Shown: positions 18,195 through 29,457, counted from the stretch's first letter. The stretch: DNA of 64,000 bases from Gammaproteobacteria bacterium (GCA_965208655.1 CBDBPJ010000006.1:117167-181166), one strand, 5' to 3'. The notes: generated from the sequence alone by a model not told the origin. Numbers and translations: made by a program.

Positions 18195-18504
18195 TAACAC
18201 TTTCCTCTCCTGGCATCTCGGTTCCTCTGCTGTGTAGACGCAGCCGAGGTTAATGGAAAGTGGGTCAATGTTCAGTTGCCGCAGCGGGTCATTTTTGCAG
18301 TGCCGTTAACACCTTGTCTTTGAGCATTGACCTCCTCCCTGTAACCGGGTCCAGCTGTCGCGTATAATGTTCCCGGAAACAACGATCCATCAATCAGATT
18401 AGATAATAGACAAAGTGATAACTTAATGATCTAATAACACATTAATATATTATAATATCAATGACTTATAAATTTCATAGGACGGATTTCAAATCCGTCC
18501 CCGG
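18195..18504 (-). mobile_element. Island terminal region with att site (18480-18502) and arm-type motif (18410-18422)
   Basis: Reverse complement of 32210-32492; ends in GGACGGATTTCAAATCCGTCCCC. Confidence 0.8.
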
Positions 18505-18532
18505 TTTTGCCCAGGGGAGCCGAGGTGATACG

Positions 18533-19300
18533 GTGAGTGGGGAGATTGCACGGCAGGAGTTATTCCAGTACGTCATCAGGCTTGGGGACAATGCCTTGAT
18601 TAACGGCCAGCGCCTGGCTGAATGGTGTGGTCACGGACCGTTTGTGGAAGAGGATATCGCCATGACCAATATCGCGCTGGACCTGGTCGGGCGCGCCCGC
18701 ATGCTGCTGACTTACGCCGGTGAGGTGGAGGGCGAGGGCAGGACGGAAGATGACCTGGCTTATTTTCGCACCGGACGGGAATTCCGGAATTTTCAAATCA
18801 TGGAATTACCGGCGGGTGATTTTGCCTTCACCACGGCCAGACAGTTCTTCGTTGATGCGTATGATTATTTCTATTACCAGGCATTGCAGCACTCCGTTGA
18901 TTCCACCCTGGCCGGCATCGCGGCAAAAACCCTGAAGGAATGTGATTACCACCTGCGGCACAGCAGTGAATGGATGCTTCGTCTTGGTGACGGAACCGAA
19001 GAGAGTCATGCAAGAATCGGCGCGGCTGTGGCCGAGGTGATGCCGTTCACTTTCGAGTTCTTCGACGCGGACGGGATCGACCGGGCCATGCAGGCGAATC
19101 AAATCGGCGTGGACCTGAATACCGTCAAAGCGTTGTGGAATGAAAAAGTGAACAACGTACTCAATGAGGCCACGCTGGAACGGCCGGAACTGAAGTACAC
19201 CCGCAGCGGGGGAAGACAGGGCCTGCATTCGGAACACATCGGCTATGTGCTGGCTGAGATGCAGTCCCTGCAAAGAGCCATGCCGGGTCAGGACTGGTAA
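18533..19300 (+). CDS. paaC: Phenylacetyl-CoA epoxidase subunit C
   Basis: LGDNALINGQRLAEWCGHGP.VEEDIA.TNIALDL...KE.DYHLRHS; GTG start with GAGGTG RBS. Confidence 0.92.
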   Translation: MSGEIARQELFQYVIRLGDNALINGQRLAEWCGHGPFVEEDIAMTNIALDLVGRARMLLTYAGEVEGEGRTEDDLAYFRTGREFRNFQIMELPAGDFAFTTARQFFVDAYDYFYYQALQHSVDSTLAGIAAKTLKECDYHLRHSSEWMLRLGDGTEESHARIGAAVAEVMPFTFEFFDADGIDRAMQANQIGVDLNTVKALWNEKVNNVLNEATLERPELKYTRSGGRQGLHSEHIGYVLAEMQSLQRAMPGQDW

Positions 19301-19325
19301 CGCAGTATCCGTTCCCACTACCGCT

Positions 19326-19856
19326 ATGACAGCTATTCATACGTCAGCCACCGGCTCTTCCGGAAACTACCCGGACCGCGCCATCGACGAGATAAGAGTT
19401 CTTCTTGAACAGGTTGCCGATCCCGAAATACCGGTTTTAACCATCGCCGACCTGGGTATATTGCAGGACGTGTGCCGGCATGAAGGCAGGGTACGGGTCG
19501 TGATCACGCCTACTTACAGCGGTTGCCCCGCGATGCTGACTATTGAGCAGGATATCAGGACCGTTTTAACGGAAAACGGCTATGAAGACGTTGAGGTGGC
19601 AACACGGATCTCGCCGCCATGGACGACGGACTGGCTGAGTGAAGCGGGCAGGGAAAAGCTGTTGCAATACGGTATTGTTCCCCCGGCGGGTTCGGCTGAC
19701 AAACAAAGTTTGCGTATGCTGGATGCGGGTGTGGCTTGCCCGCGCTGCCGGTCCGCCGCTACGGAAGAAATCAGCCGTTTCGGTTCAACTCCTTGCAAGG
19801 CCTTGTACCGGTGTAACGATTGCCTGGAGCCGTTTGATTATTTCAAGTGCATATAA
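19326..19856 (+). CDS. paaD: Phenylacetyl-CoA epoxidase subunit D (PaaJ/PaaD)
   Basis: VADPEIPVLTIADLG...TPTYSGCPAM...CPRC...FGSTPCKALYRC..C.EPFDYFKCI. Confidence 0.92.
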   Translation: MTAIHTSATGSSGNYPDRAIDEIRVLLEQVADPEIPVLTIADLGILQDVCRHEGRVRVVITPTYSGCPAMLTIEQDIRTVLTENGYEDVEVATRISPPWTTDWLSEAGREKLLQYGIVPPAGSADKQSLRMLDAGVACPRCRSAATEEISRFGSTPCKALYRCNDCLEPFDYFKCI

Positions 19857-20939
19857 ATGCCGGAATTTCATCCGTTAACCATCGGCGACATCATCAAAGA
19901 GACGGATAACGCAGTTTGCCTGACGTTCGACGTACCTGCCGACCTGTCCGAAACTTACCGGTTTATCCAGGGCCAGTACCTGACCCTGAAGGCCGAGATA
20001 GACGGCGCCGAAGTCAGACGTTCCTATTCCATTTGTTCCGGTGTTGACGACGGGACCCTGCGGGTTGCCGTAAAAAAAATCACCGGCGGCGTGTTCTCTA
20101 CGTTTGCAAACGAGAGACTTGGCAACGGCGACGTGATGGAAGTCATGCCGCCCCAGGGGACCTTTTTCACGCCATTACACGAGGAAAATGCACACAATTA
20201 CCTGTGCATCGCAGCCGGCAGCGGCATCACGCCGATCATCTCGATTATCAAGACCGTATTGAAACGCGAGCCGCACAGCCGGGTCACCTTGTTATACGGT
20301 AACCAGCGGGTGGCGACGATCATGTTCAAGGAAGAACTGGAAGCGGTAAAAAACCGCTACATGGCCCGCTTCCAGTGGATCAACATCCTCAGCCGGGAAC
20401 GCCAGGACGTGGAAATCCTGAACGGCCGGATTAACAACAGAAAAGGCGCTGAACTGATCCGGCACCTGCTTGACCTGCGCGCCATTGACGAGTTTTTTCT
20501 GTGCGGTCCCGAGGCGATGATATCGGAAGTTTCCCGGGGACTACGCTCCGAGGGTATTAACGAGCGTAACATCCATTACGAACTGTTTGCCGAATCAGCC
20601 GAAGCAGCCGCGGCAAGAGTGGCAAAACACCATGAACGGGCGATTAACCTGGCCGGCATGGTGGCGCAGGTCAGCGTCAATGCCGATGGCCGTGAAACCC
20701 GGTTTGAATTGAGCGCTGACGGCCAGAACATCCTCGACGGCGCCCTGGATAACGGCGTCGACCTGCCGTTTGCCTGTAAAGGCGGCGTTTGCGCAACCTG
20801 CAAGGCAAAACTGCTGGAAGGGGAAGTGGATATGGACATCAACCACGCCCTGGAGGCTGACGAACTGGCGGCGGGTTATATACTCACCTGCCAGGCACAC
20901 CCGGTTTCGGACCGGGTCGTCGTCGATTTCGATGAATAA
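19857..20939 (+). CDS. paaE: Phenylacetyl-CoA epoxidase reductase subunit (PaaE/PaaK)
   Basis: RRSYSIC, AAGSGITP, C-terminal 2Fe-2S CKGGVCATC...C. Confidence 0.93.
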   Translation: MPEFHPLTIGDIIKETDNAVCLTFDVPADLSETYRFIQGQYLTLKAEIDGAEVRRSYSICSGVDDGTLRVAVKKITGGVFSTFANERLGNGDVMEVMPPQGTFFTPLHEENAHNYLCIAAGSGITPIISIIKTVLKREPHSRVTLLYGNQRVATIMFKEELEAVKNRYMARFQWINILSRERQDVEILNGRINNRKGAELIRHLLDLRAIDEFFLCGPEAMISEVSRGLRSEGINERNIHYELFAESAEAAAARVAKHHERAINLAGMVAQVSVNADGRETRFELSADGQNILDGALDNGVDLPFACKGGVCATCKAKLLEGEVDMDINHALEADELAAGYILTCQAHPVSDRVVVDFDE

Positions 20940-20945
20940 CAGACA

Positions 20946-21863
20946 ATGAAGCAGGTCAGCAGATTGCTGGCGGAGTTTGCCTCCCGTAAACCCATACGCA
21001 CAGGATCGCTGATCATCAGTGTGTTCGGTGATGCGGTCTCTCCCCACAGCAGCGCCGTCTGGCTGGGCAGTCTGATCAAGGTACTGGAACCGTTCGGGTT
21101 GAACCAGAGGCAGATTCGCACGGCGGTGTTCAGGCTGGTGCAGGAGGACTGGCTGGTTGCCAGGCAGATGGGCAGGCGCAGTTATTACAGCTTTACCGGG
21201 GCGGGCCAGAGGCATTACGAAAAGGCCGCGCGCAGGATTTACCATGCCAAGCGGGAGCTCTGGGACAGAAAGTGGACCCTGGTATTGCCGACTTCGTGCG
21301 ACAACCGGGAAAAGGACCTGTTGCGCAGGGAGTTATCCTGGCTCGGTTACGGCGCGTTGACCCCGGGCATGCTGGGGCATCCTTCCGGTGACCGGCAATC
21401 GCTTGATGAAACCCTGCTGGAACTGAAACTGACGGACAAGGTGGTTGTATTAATCGCCAGTACCGAGGACGTTGCCTCCCGCGAAGTATTGAGGAAGCTA
21501 TGCCAAGACTGCTGGGGCCTTGCCGGGATAGAGAAAAGATACAACCATTTTATCCAGCGTTACGGCACGATATACCGGGCGCTGAGGAAGGCGAAGCAGC
21601 GGGATGACGAGCAGTGTTTCCAGGTCCGGACCCTGCTCATCCATGAGTACCGGCGTATTCTGTTGCAGGATTCCGATCTTCCCGAAGAACTCCTGCCGCC
21701 GAACTGGCCGGGCGCCTCGGCATATAACCTGACAAAGAATATATACCATACCGTGCAGCAGGGCTCAGTTGACTACCTGATGAGGAACATGGAAACAGTC
21801 GAAGGAGGACTGGACGGACCCGGCAGGAGTTTCTATTCGAGGTTTGACGGCGCCGCAGTATAA
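20946..21863 (+). CDS. paaX: Phenylacetate degradation regulator PaaX
   Basis: SLIISVFGDA...VWLGSLI...RTAVFRL; LIHEYRR.LL.D..LP.ELLP..WPG. Confidence 0.92.
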   Translation: MKQVSRLLAEFASRKPIRTGSLIISVFGDAVSPHSSAVWLGSLIKVLEPFGLNQRQIRTAVFRLVQEDWLVARQMGRRSYYSFTGAGQRHYEKAARRIYHAKRELWDRKWTLVLPTSCDNREKDLLRRELSWLGYGALTPGMLGHPSGDRQSLDETLLELKLTDKVVVLIASTEDVASREVLRKLCQDCWGLAGIEKRYNHFIQRYGTIYRALRKAKQRDDEQCFQVRTLLIHEYRRILLQDSDLPEELLPPNWPGASAYNLTKNIYHTVQQGSVDYLMRNMETVEGGLDGPGRSFYSRFDGAAV

Positions 21864-22031
21864 TATCCGGCTTGTTACGGGATATTCGGGTAAAACAAAC
21901 GAAAACCTGCCAGGGAGAGTACATATTACCCTTTGCAACCGTTTACATTACCCCGCACCTCTGTATATTCTAAGGAAAACCGTCTATGTTATCTGCGTAT
22001 AAAAAGTAAAAAACGAGCGAGGAAGAAAGCG

Positions 22032-23657
22032 ATGTTAGGTCTGATGATGGACAGGCAGTTGACCATTACCTCAATAATGGAGCACGCCGACAGGTACCAT
22101 CCCGACACGGAGATTGTCTCCGTCACCAATGACAGTCCAAGGCACAGGTACACGTATGCAGAGGCATTCCGCAGGACCCGGCGCCTGGCGAACGCCTTGA
22201 TCGACTATGGTATAGGGGCCGGGGAGCGTGTCGCTACCCTTGCCTGGAACGATTACCGCCACTTTGAGTTATATTACGCCATTGCGGGGATCGGGGCCGT
22301 CACCCACACGGTCAACCCGCGCCTGTTCCCTGATCAGATCAGCTATATCGTTAACCATGCAGAAGACAGGCTGGTGTTCGTTGATCCGCTTATCCTGCCG
22401 GTGCTGGAGAAAATCAGGGATGATCTGTCCGGCGTTGAAGCCTATATTGTTTTAACCGACGAAGAAAACATGCCGGATACGGACCTGCGCAACGCCCAGT
22501 CCTACGAAGGCTTCATCAGCCGGCATGAGGACCGGATTGACTGGCCTGAACTGGATGAGAAGACCGCGTGCTGCCTGTGTTATACGTCCGGAACGACCGG
22601 TAATCCCAAGGGTGTTCTGTACCATCATCGCTCGATGGTGTTACATACACTGGTCGGCATCTCTCCGGACGGGCTCAACCTGTCGGTACGGGACGTGGTT
22701 ATGCCGGTCGTGCCCATGTTCCATGTCAACGCCTGGGGCCTGGCTTACGGGGCGCCGGCAGTGGGAACGAAACTGGTCTTTCCCGGCCCGAAGATGGGGG
22801 ACGGGGCGACCCTGCAGGCGTTGATTGAAGAGGAAGAGGTTACTTATTCCGCCGGGGTGCCCACGGTATGGCTGAACCTGCTGAAGTATCTTGCAGAATC
22901 CGGCAAAGGGGTCAGCACACTGAAACGGGTGGTCATCGGCGGGTCGGCCTGCCCCCGTTCGATCATGGAGGAGTTGGAAGATCGCCATGGGGTTTATGTC
23001 AACCATGCCTGGGGTATGACGGAGATGAGCCCCCTGGGTACGGTCAATACCCTGAAGCCGGGGATGCTGCAACTGCCGCGGGAAGAGCAATATGCCGTAA
23101 GAATGAAGCAGGGGCGCCCGCTTTACGGCGTCGAGATGAAGATTGTCGATGATGACGGCAATGAGCTGCCCAGGGACGGACAGGCAACTGGGCTGCTCAA
23201 GGTACGCGGGCCGTTTATCTGCAGCGAATACTACCGGGAGGATACCCCGAGTGACGTACACGATGATGACGGCTGGTTCAGTACGGGAGACGTAGGCTCC
23301 ATAGACGCCGAAGGTTACCTGCAGATCACCGACAGATCCAAGGATGTCATCAAGTCCGGGGGCGAGTGGATCAGTTCCATCGACCTGGAAAACGCGGCGG
23401 TAGGCCATCCCGACATCGCCGAGGCTGCAGTGATCGGGGTGCCGCACCCGAGGTGGGGGGAGCGCCCATTGCTGATCCTGGTCAGGAAAGAGGGCGGGGA
23501 TGCGGGCAAGCAGGAAATCCTGGACTGGCTCAAGGACAGGGTGGCAAAATGGTGGGTGCCCGATGATGTGGTCTATGTTGACGAGATCCCGCACACGGCG
23601 ACGGGGAAGATACAGAAAACCGAACTGCGCAAACGCTTCAAGGACTATGTGATTTAA
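22032..23657 (+). CDS. Long-chain acyl-CoA ligase (AlkK/DmdB-like)
   Basis: [42 protein letters not shown]. Confidence 0.9.
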   Translation: MLGLMMDRQLTITSIMEHADRYHPDTEIVSVTNDSPRHRYTYAEAFRRTRRLANALIDYGIGAGERVATLAWNDYRHFELYYAIAGIGAVTHTVNPRLFPDQISYIVNHAEDRLVFVDPLILPVLEKIRDDLSGVEAYIVLTDEENMPDTDLRNAQSYEGFISRHEDRIDWPELDEKTACCLCYTSGTTGNPKGVLYHHRSMVLHTLVGISPDGLNLSVRDVVMPVVPMFHVNAWGLAYGAPAVGTKLVFPGPKMGDGATLQALIEEEEVTYSAGVPTVWLNLLKYLAESGKGVSTLKRVVIGGSACPRSIMEELEDRHGVYVNHAWGMTEMSPLGTVNTLKPGMLQLPREEQYAVRMKQGRPLYGVEMKIVDDDGNELPRDGQATGLLKVRGPFICSEYYREDTPSDVHDDDGWFSTGDVGSIDAEGYLQITDRSKDVIKSGGEWISSIDLENAAVGHPDIAEAAVIGVPHPRWGERPLLILVRKEGGDAGKQEILDWLKDRVAKWWVPDDVVYVDEIPHTATGKIQKTELRKRFKDYVI

Positions 23658-23660
23658 CAA

Positions 23661-23747
23661 GATATTTGGGGTCAGAGTAAAAATACTTGATAATTCAATG
23701 GAAACACCTGTCAACCTGAGTGTATTTTTACTCTGACCCCAAATATC
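23661..23747. repeat. REP doublet: 26-bp perfect inverted repeat GATATTTGGGGTCAGAGTAAAAATAC with 35-nt spacer
   Basis: Arms 23661-23686 and 23722-23747; related hairpin at 58218-58249. Confidence 0.85.
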
Positions 23748-23783
23748 ACCCCAAATGTCAAAATATCCGGAATTTCCCGACTG

Positions 23784-25043
23784 ATGAACAGCAAACGAGA
23801 AGCGCGGCACCATACGTTGCCCGCAACCAGTGAAACCATACACTGGGGTTATTTCAGCAAGAACGTCGAGCCTGCACTGACCGTCATGTCGGGCGACTTC
23901 ATTACTGTCGAAACGCTGAGCCACCATGCCAATGATGATGCCTCGTTGATGGTGGATGGCGATCCGGGCGCCGAGAGTGTGTTCCGCTGGACCAGGGACG
24001 GCAAGGGCGTTGACCGCCGCGGCGCCGGCCCTGTGGATGCGTCGCTGTTCGGCCGCGGCGCGGGAGAAGGCCTGGGCGTGCATATCCTGACCGGGCCCGT
24101 TTATATCGAGGGAGCGGAGTCTGGCGATATCGTGGAAGTCCGCATTCTCGACCTCAGGCCCCGTCCCAGCGCCAATCCCGATCACCCGGGCAAGGCCTTC
24201 GGCAGCAACGCCGCAGCCTGGTGGGGCTACCATTACCAGGATCTGATCACCGAACCCAGGCCGCGCGAAGTCGTCACCATCTATGAAATTGACGTAACCG
24301 GCGAGCGTACCTGGGCCAGGGCGCTGTATAACTACCGCTGGGTGCCGCAGACCGACCCGTACGGTGTGGAACACGCCACCATCGATTACCCCGGTGTGCC
24401 GGTCGACCATGACACGGTTGATAAAAACAGTTCGGTTTTGCCCGGCGTGCGGGTACCGATCCGCCCCCATTTCGGCACCATGGGCCTGGCGCCCGTGGAG
24501 GCCGATTTCGTCAATACCATTCCGCCGGGCTATTTCGGCGGCAACATCGATAACTGGCGCATCGGCAAGGGCGGCACAATGTATTACCCGGTGGCGGTGC
24601 CGGGAGGTCTGCTGAGCGCCGGCGACCCGCACGCGGCCCAGGGCGATTCCGAACTGGCCGGTACGGCGATAGAAACCTCGCTGACCGGCGTTATCCAGGT
24701 CATCCTGCATAAACAGGACGCGCTGGCCGGCACCGTGTTACAGGGGCTGGACTACCCGTTGCTGGAAACCGATTCGGAGTACGTCGTGCACGGTTTCAGC
24801 TACGCCAACTACCTGGCCGAGCTTGGCGAAGACGCGCAGAGCGAGATAAACAACAAGTCGTCGGTTGACAACGCCATGCGCGATGCGTTCCGGAAAATGC
24901 GCAAATTCCTGATGAATGCCAAGGGGTTGAGCGAAGACGAGGCCATCACCCTGATGTCGGTGGCGGCCGACTTCGGCGTAACCCAGGTAGTTGACGGCAA
25001 CTGGGGCGTGCATGGTATTATCCCTAAAGGGATTTTTCCTTAA
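23784..25043 (+). CDS. Acetamidase/formamidase family protein
   Basis: IHWGYF, HILTGPVYIEGA..GD, GGNIDN, GDPHAAQGDSE. Confidence 0.9.
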   Translation: MNSKREARHHTLPATSETIHWGYFSKNVEPALTVMSGDFITVETLSHHANDDASLMVDGDPGAESVFRWTRDGKGVDRRGAGPVDASLFGRGAGEGLGVHILTGPVYIEGAESGDIVEVRILDLRPRPSANPDHPGKAFGSNAAAWWGYHYQDLITEPRPREVVTIYEIDVTGERTWARALYNYRWVPQTDPYGVEHATIDYPGVPVDHDTVDKNSSVLPGVRVPIRPHFGTMGLAPVEADFVNTIPPGYFGGNIDNWRIGKGGTMYYPVAVPGGLLSAGDPHAAQGDSELAGTAIETSLTGVIQVILHKQDALAGTVLQGLDYPLLETDSEYVVHGFSYANYLAELGEDAQSEINNKSSVDNAMRDAFRKMRKFLMNAKGLSEDEAITLMSVAADFGVTQVVDGNWGVHGIIPKGIFP

Positions 25044-25106
25044 ACGGAACCAGGCAAGGTCTCCGGCGGAAATGACTGTTGGCTTGAATGATTAAATCAG
25101 GGGGGA

Positions 25107-25469
25107 ATGATGCTGGATACAAGTTTACTGAATGACCTGGTCGGCTGTTATCTTGTCCTGGCCATTGGTTATAATATTCTCAGCCTTGTCCTGTATGACG
25201 TGAAGGGGCAGCCGCTCACTTCCAATAAGCCGGTCCAGGCCATCGTCCTGGTGGCGCTGCTCTACGTGATTTACGTGAGTGAAGCCGCGCTGGGCAGCGG
25301 CGCCTGGATGTTTCTGATGATCGTGTTCCTGCTGCTGATTCTGCGCTTCGGCGTTTACCAGCACCTGGCAGGTTACGATGAAAACAAGTATTTCTCCCGT
25401 AGCGCATGGGTGGCAGCCATTGCGATCAATGTCTTTGGTGTCGCCGTCCTGACGTTGTCCCTGTTTTAA
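25107..25469 (+). CDS. Small hypothetical membrane protein
   Basis: About 4 hydrophobic segments; RBS. Confidence 0.65.
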   Translation: MMLDTSLLNDLVGCYLVLAIGYNILSLVLYDVKGQPLTSNKPVQAIVLVALLYVIYVSEAALGSGAWMFLMIVFLLLILRFGVYQHLAGYDENKYFSRSAWVAAIAINVFGVAVLTLSLF

Positions 25470-25477
25470 CCCGGATA

Positions 25478-28400
25478 TCACAGCGCCAACAGGCTGGCGT
25501 TCCCGCCGATGGCCGCGCTGTTGACGCTACAGGTCTGTTCCGTGGTAAAACGTAACAGGTAGTGGGGGCCGCCGGCCTTTGGCCCCGTCCCCGACAAACC
25601 GCAACCGCCGAAAGGTTGCACACCCACCACGGCGCCGACCATGTTACGGTTTACATACACGTTGCCGGCGCGGATACGCTCGCGTATATATTGTGCCCGT
25701 TGTTCGATACGGCTCTGTATGCCCAGTGTCAGGCCGTAACCCAGCCCGTTTATCCGCTCCAGGAACGCATCCAGTTTTCCGGCATCGTAGCGCAGTACAT
25801 GTAATACCGGTCCGAATATCTCCTCTTTCAGATCGGACAAAGACTCGATTTCGATGATCGCCGGGGATACGAAATAACCTTGTACACCGGTGCCGGGTCC
25901 GCGGTATAACAGCCTGCCGTTTTTCCGTGCGCTGCTTATGTAATCTTCAAGCCGGGTCTGCGCCGCCGGGTCGATGACGGGTCCCATGTCCGTATCCAGG
26001 CGGGCCGGGTCCCCGACGACCCATTCATCCATGTGTTTTACCAGGAGTCCCAGCACCCGCGCTGCGATCTCGTTTTGCAGGCAGAGTACGCGCAGGGCCG
26101 AACAACGTTGACCGGCGCTGTTGAACGCGGATTGCACTGTGTCCCGGACTACCTGTTCCGGCAGGGACGAACTGTCGACCAGCATGGCGTTGATGCCTCC
26201 GGTCTCGGCAATCAGGTTCGCCAGCGGACCGTACCGTGCAGCCAGGTCAAGATTGATGCGCCGTGCGGTTTCCGTGGAACCGGTAAAGGCCACACCGGCG
26301 ACCCTGGGATCGTACAGCAGGGCATTGCCCAGTTCAGGACCTGAGCCGGGCAGGAATGCCAGTACCTCTTTGGGTATGCCCGCTTCGTACAGCAACTCCG
26401 TGAGCCGGTAAGCAACGAGGGATGCCTGCTCCGCGGGTTTGGCGATGACCGTATTACCTGCCGCCAGCGCCGCCGCTACCTGGCCGGTATATATGGCGAC
26501 GGGAAAGTTCCACGGGCTGATACAGACAAACACGCCGCGGCCGCAAAGCTGCAAACTGTTGGTTTCACCCGCGGGACCGGGCAGTTCAAGGTCCGCGCCC
26601 ATCAGCCTGCGGCAGCAAGCGGCATAGTAGCGCAAGAAGTCTATGGCTTCGCGTACGTCATCGTGTGCGTCGCGCAGACATTTGCCGGCTTCCAGCACGC
26701 ACAATGCAGCCAGTTCTGCCAGGTGTGCCTCGACGATATCCGCGGCCTTCTCAATAATACCGGCCCGGTGTTCGGCAGTGGTACGGCGCCAGGAGGTAAA
26801 CGCTTCCGCGGTAACGGCCAGGGCCTGTGCCGCAATGCCGGGGGTGGCGTCCCATACGCGTCCCACACGCTCACAGGTATCGGCAGGATTGACTACTGTC
26901 CTGGATTTTCCGCCCAGGCGTTTACCGTTGACTACGGGGGCGGCTGTCCATTCCCGCGCACGGGTTCGGGAGACGCTTTCGAACAGTGATAAAAGTTCCG
27001 CGTGGTCGGCAAAATTCAACCCGCGTGAGTTTCTCCGTTCCGGCCGGAACAGGTCCGGCGGTACCGGGATGCGGGGATGGCGCGTTACTTCGTTGTTACG
27101 CTCTGTTGCGGCCACAGGGTCCGCGACCAGTTCGGAAACGGTGATATCCCGGTCGGCAATGCGGTTGATGAATGACACGTTGGCGCCGTTTTCCAGCAGA
27201 CGGCGCACGAGATAGGGTAGCAGGTCTTCGTGCGCGCCTACCGGCGCGTAGACACGGCAGGGAATATTGAGACCTTGCACATCGGTAACGGAGTCGTACA
27301 GTTCCTCACCCATGCCGTATAACCGCTGGAATTCAAATGCCCGGTCCCCGGCGTGATGATGGATGTAACTGACCGTATGGGCATTATGGGTCGCAAACTG
27401 CGGGTAAATGTACGGACATTCCGCAAGCAGGAAACGGGCGCAAGCCAGGTAGGAGACATCGGTATTGCGTTTCAGGGTAAACACCGGGTAGTCCGTCAGA
27501 CCCTGTTCCTGGGCCCGCTTGACCTCCATGTCCCAATAGGCGCCCTTTACCAGGCGCACGGGAATGATGCGTTTCTGTGCGCGGGCAAGCCGGCCGAGGT
27601 TTTCCAGCAGGCGCAGGGCGCGTTTCTGGTAAGCCTGTACCGCCAGTCCCAGCCCCGCCCAGTCGCGCAGGTCGGGATGGCGATAAATCCGGTTGAACAC
27701 CTGGAGACTGATCTCAAGCCGCTCAGCCTCCTCCGCATCGATAGTCAGGGCTATTCCAGCGCTACGGGCGGCTTTCCCGAGGCGCAGCATCCGGTCTGCC
27801 AGTTCGGAAACCGCGCGGGTGGACTGGCCGGGTTCAAACCGGGGGCAAAGGGAGGAAAGCTTGACCGAGATTCCGGGGCGTTCCTGAACCTGCATCCCGC
27901 TGCCAACGACATTGCCAAGGGCCTCAATGGCCTGTTTATAAGCCAGTTCATAACAGTCCGCAGCAGCACCGGTCAGGGCCGCTTCACCCAGCATATCGTA
28001 GGAAAATCGATAATGCCGCAGGCCGTCCGTCTCACTGCGGCGCAACGCCTCGTCAATAGTGCGCCCCATGACGAATTCATCCCCCATGATTTTCATGGCC
28101 GCTTTCAGCGCCGCGCGCAGCACCGGCTGTTCGAGCCGGCTGAGCAGTTTGCGCAGCAGGTCCAGCGGCGCCGGTGCAGCGCGCACTCCGGTATAAAGAA
28201 GCTTTCCCGTCAGCATCAGCCCCCAGGTAGACGCGTTCACGAACAGGGAGTCATCCTGCCCCAGGTGCTGTTCCCAATCGGCGGATTTCAGCCTGTCGGC
28301 GATCAGTGCGTCCGCGGTGCCGGCATCGGGTATCCGCAACAACGCCTCCGCCAGGCACATCAGGACCACGCCCTCGTGAGAGGAGAGGTCATAATGGTTG

Positions 28401-28624
28401 AGAAACGCGTGCAGTCCGGTTGTCTGTTGCTGCCGCCGGCGCACTGATCGCGCCAGGGACCTTGCCGTATTCTCAATCTTTCGTTTCAGCCCGGGCTCCG
28501 GTCGGGCCAGAGGCAGCAGGCGCGCCATGATGCCTGCCTCATCTGCGAGGTAGTCCGTGTTGATTTCTGTCGTATTGATACCGGCTTCCTGTCCTGGTGG
28601 ACAGTTTTTCGCAAGTTGGTTCAT
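25478..28624 (-). CDS. putA: Bifunctional proline dehydrogenase / P5C dehydrogenase
   Basis: LMCLAEALLRIPD, SYDMLGEAA, RLVKGAYWD, ETGG.NA, SAGQRCSA, QPFGG.GLSGTGPKAGG. Confidence 0.95.
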   Translation of the reverse strand: MNQLAKNCPPGQEAGINTTEINTDYLADEAGIMARLLPLARPEPGLKRKIENTARSLARSVRRRQQQTTGLHAFLNHYDLSSHEGVVLMCLAEALLRIPDAGTADALIADRLKSADWEQHLGQDDSLFVNASTWGLMLTGKLLYTGVRAAPAPLDLLRKLLSRLEQPVLRAALKAAMKIMGDEFVMGRTIDEALRRSETDGLRHYRFSYDMLGEAALTGAAADCYELAYKQAIEALGNVVGSGMQVQERPGISVKLSSLCPRFEPGQSTRAVSELADRMLRLGKAARSAGIALTIDAEEAERLEISLQVFNRIYRHPDLRDWAGLGLAVQAYQKRALRLLENLGRLARAQKRIIPVRLVKGAYWDMEVKRAQEQGLTDYPVFTLKRNTDVSYLACARFLLAECPYIYPQFATHNAHTVSYIHHHAGDRAFEFQRLYGMGEELYDSVTDVQGLNIPCRVYAPVGAHEDLLPYLVRRLLENGANVSFINRIADRDITVSELVADPVAATERNNEVTRHPRIPVPPDLFRPERRNSRGLNFADHAELLSLFESVSRTRAREWTAAPVVNGKRLGGKSRTVVNPADTCERVGRVWDATPGIAAQALAVTAEAFTSWRRTTAEHRAGIIEKAADIVEAHLAELAALCVLEAGKCLRDAHDDVREAIDFLRYYAACCRRLMGADLELPGPAGETNSLQLCGRGVFVCISPWNFPVAIYTGQVAAALAAGNTVIAKPAEQASLVAYRLTELLYEAGIPKEVLAFLPGSGPELGNALLYDPRVAGVAFTGSTETARRINLDLAARYGPLANLIAETGGINAMLVDSSSLPEQVVRDTVQSAFNSAGQRCSALRVLCLQNEIAARVLGLLVKHMDEWVVGDPARLDTDMGPVIDPAAQTRLEDYISSARKNGRLLYRGPGTGVQGYFVSPAIIEIESLSDLKEEIFGPVLHVLRYDAGKLDAFLERINGLGYGLTLGIQSRIEQRAQYIRERIRAGNVYVNRNMVGAVVGVQPFGGCGLSGTGPKAGGPHYLLRFTTEQTCSVNSAAIGGNASLLAL

Positions 28625-28799
28625 CAACTCTCCGCCATGCGTCATTCCTGCGCATGCAGGAATCCAGGAAATATTATTTTTGAAAATAGAATATTTTGTA
28701 TTCTAGAACAACCATCTCATATTAAATTTTTATTATTTCAAATATTTAAAATAATATTTTGTTACAATCAGATTATTTAAAATAATAATTTTCTATCCA

Positions 28800-29270
28800 A
28801 TGAAAGATCAACTTGACCGCATAGACTTGAGAATTCTCAACGTGTTGCAGGGTAACGGCAGGATTTCCAACATTGAACTGTCGAGGCGGGTGAACCTCAG
28901 TCCCGCCCCCTGCCTGGCGCGCGTGCGGAGGCTGGAAAAATCCGGGTACATCAGCGGTTACAAGGCGGTACTGAATCCCGAAAAACTGGGCCTCTCCTTG
29001 CTGGCCTACGTAGAGATTACCCTGGACCGGACCACCCCCGACGTCTTCGAAAAATTCAAGCAGGCAGTTCGGGACGTGCCGGAGATTGAAGAATGCCACA
29101 TGGTGGCGGGCGGCTTCGATTACCTGATCAAGGTACGCAGCCCGGACATGGATACCTACCGGAAAATCCTGGGAGACAGGATTGCAACAATTCCAGGAGT
29201 ATTACAGACCCATACCTACGTCGTCATGGAGCAGGTGAAGCGATCCGGGGAGTTGAACATCAGGACATAA
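28800..29270 (+). CDS. Lrp/AsnC-family regulator (PutR-like), divergent from putA
   Basis: LDRIDLRIL..LQ..GRISN.ELS..VNLS..PC..RV. Confidence 0.9.
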   Translation: MKDQLDRIDLRILNVLQGNGRISNIELSRRVNLSPAPCLARVRRLEKSGYISGYKAVLNPEKLGLSLLAYVEITLDRTTPDVFEKFKQAVRDVPEIEECHMVAGGFDYLIKVRSPDMDTYRKILGDRIATIPGVLQTHTYVVMEQVKRSGELNIRT

Positions 29271-29457
29271 AGGCGCAATAATGCGCAATATAAGTGGTTA
29301 TTATATTGCGCCATGCTGCCTGCCGCTTGCCGCCATTCGTGGCTGTCAAAGCCACCCGACAGGGTAGTATTTCACCAACTCAAGGCATACTATAATGATG
29401 TGAGCGGGATCGTATGTAACAATCCGAAGGCAATAGCTTCCAGTTTATAAGCCCGGT

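Noticed and set aside
18461-18532. N-terminal extension of PaaC
   Set aside because: Read-through across the att/palindrome; GTG at 18533 has a good RBS
22641-24710. 689-aa minus-strand ORF
   Set aside because: Antisense shadow of the ligase and amidase genes in GC-rich DNA
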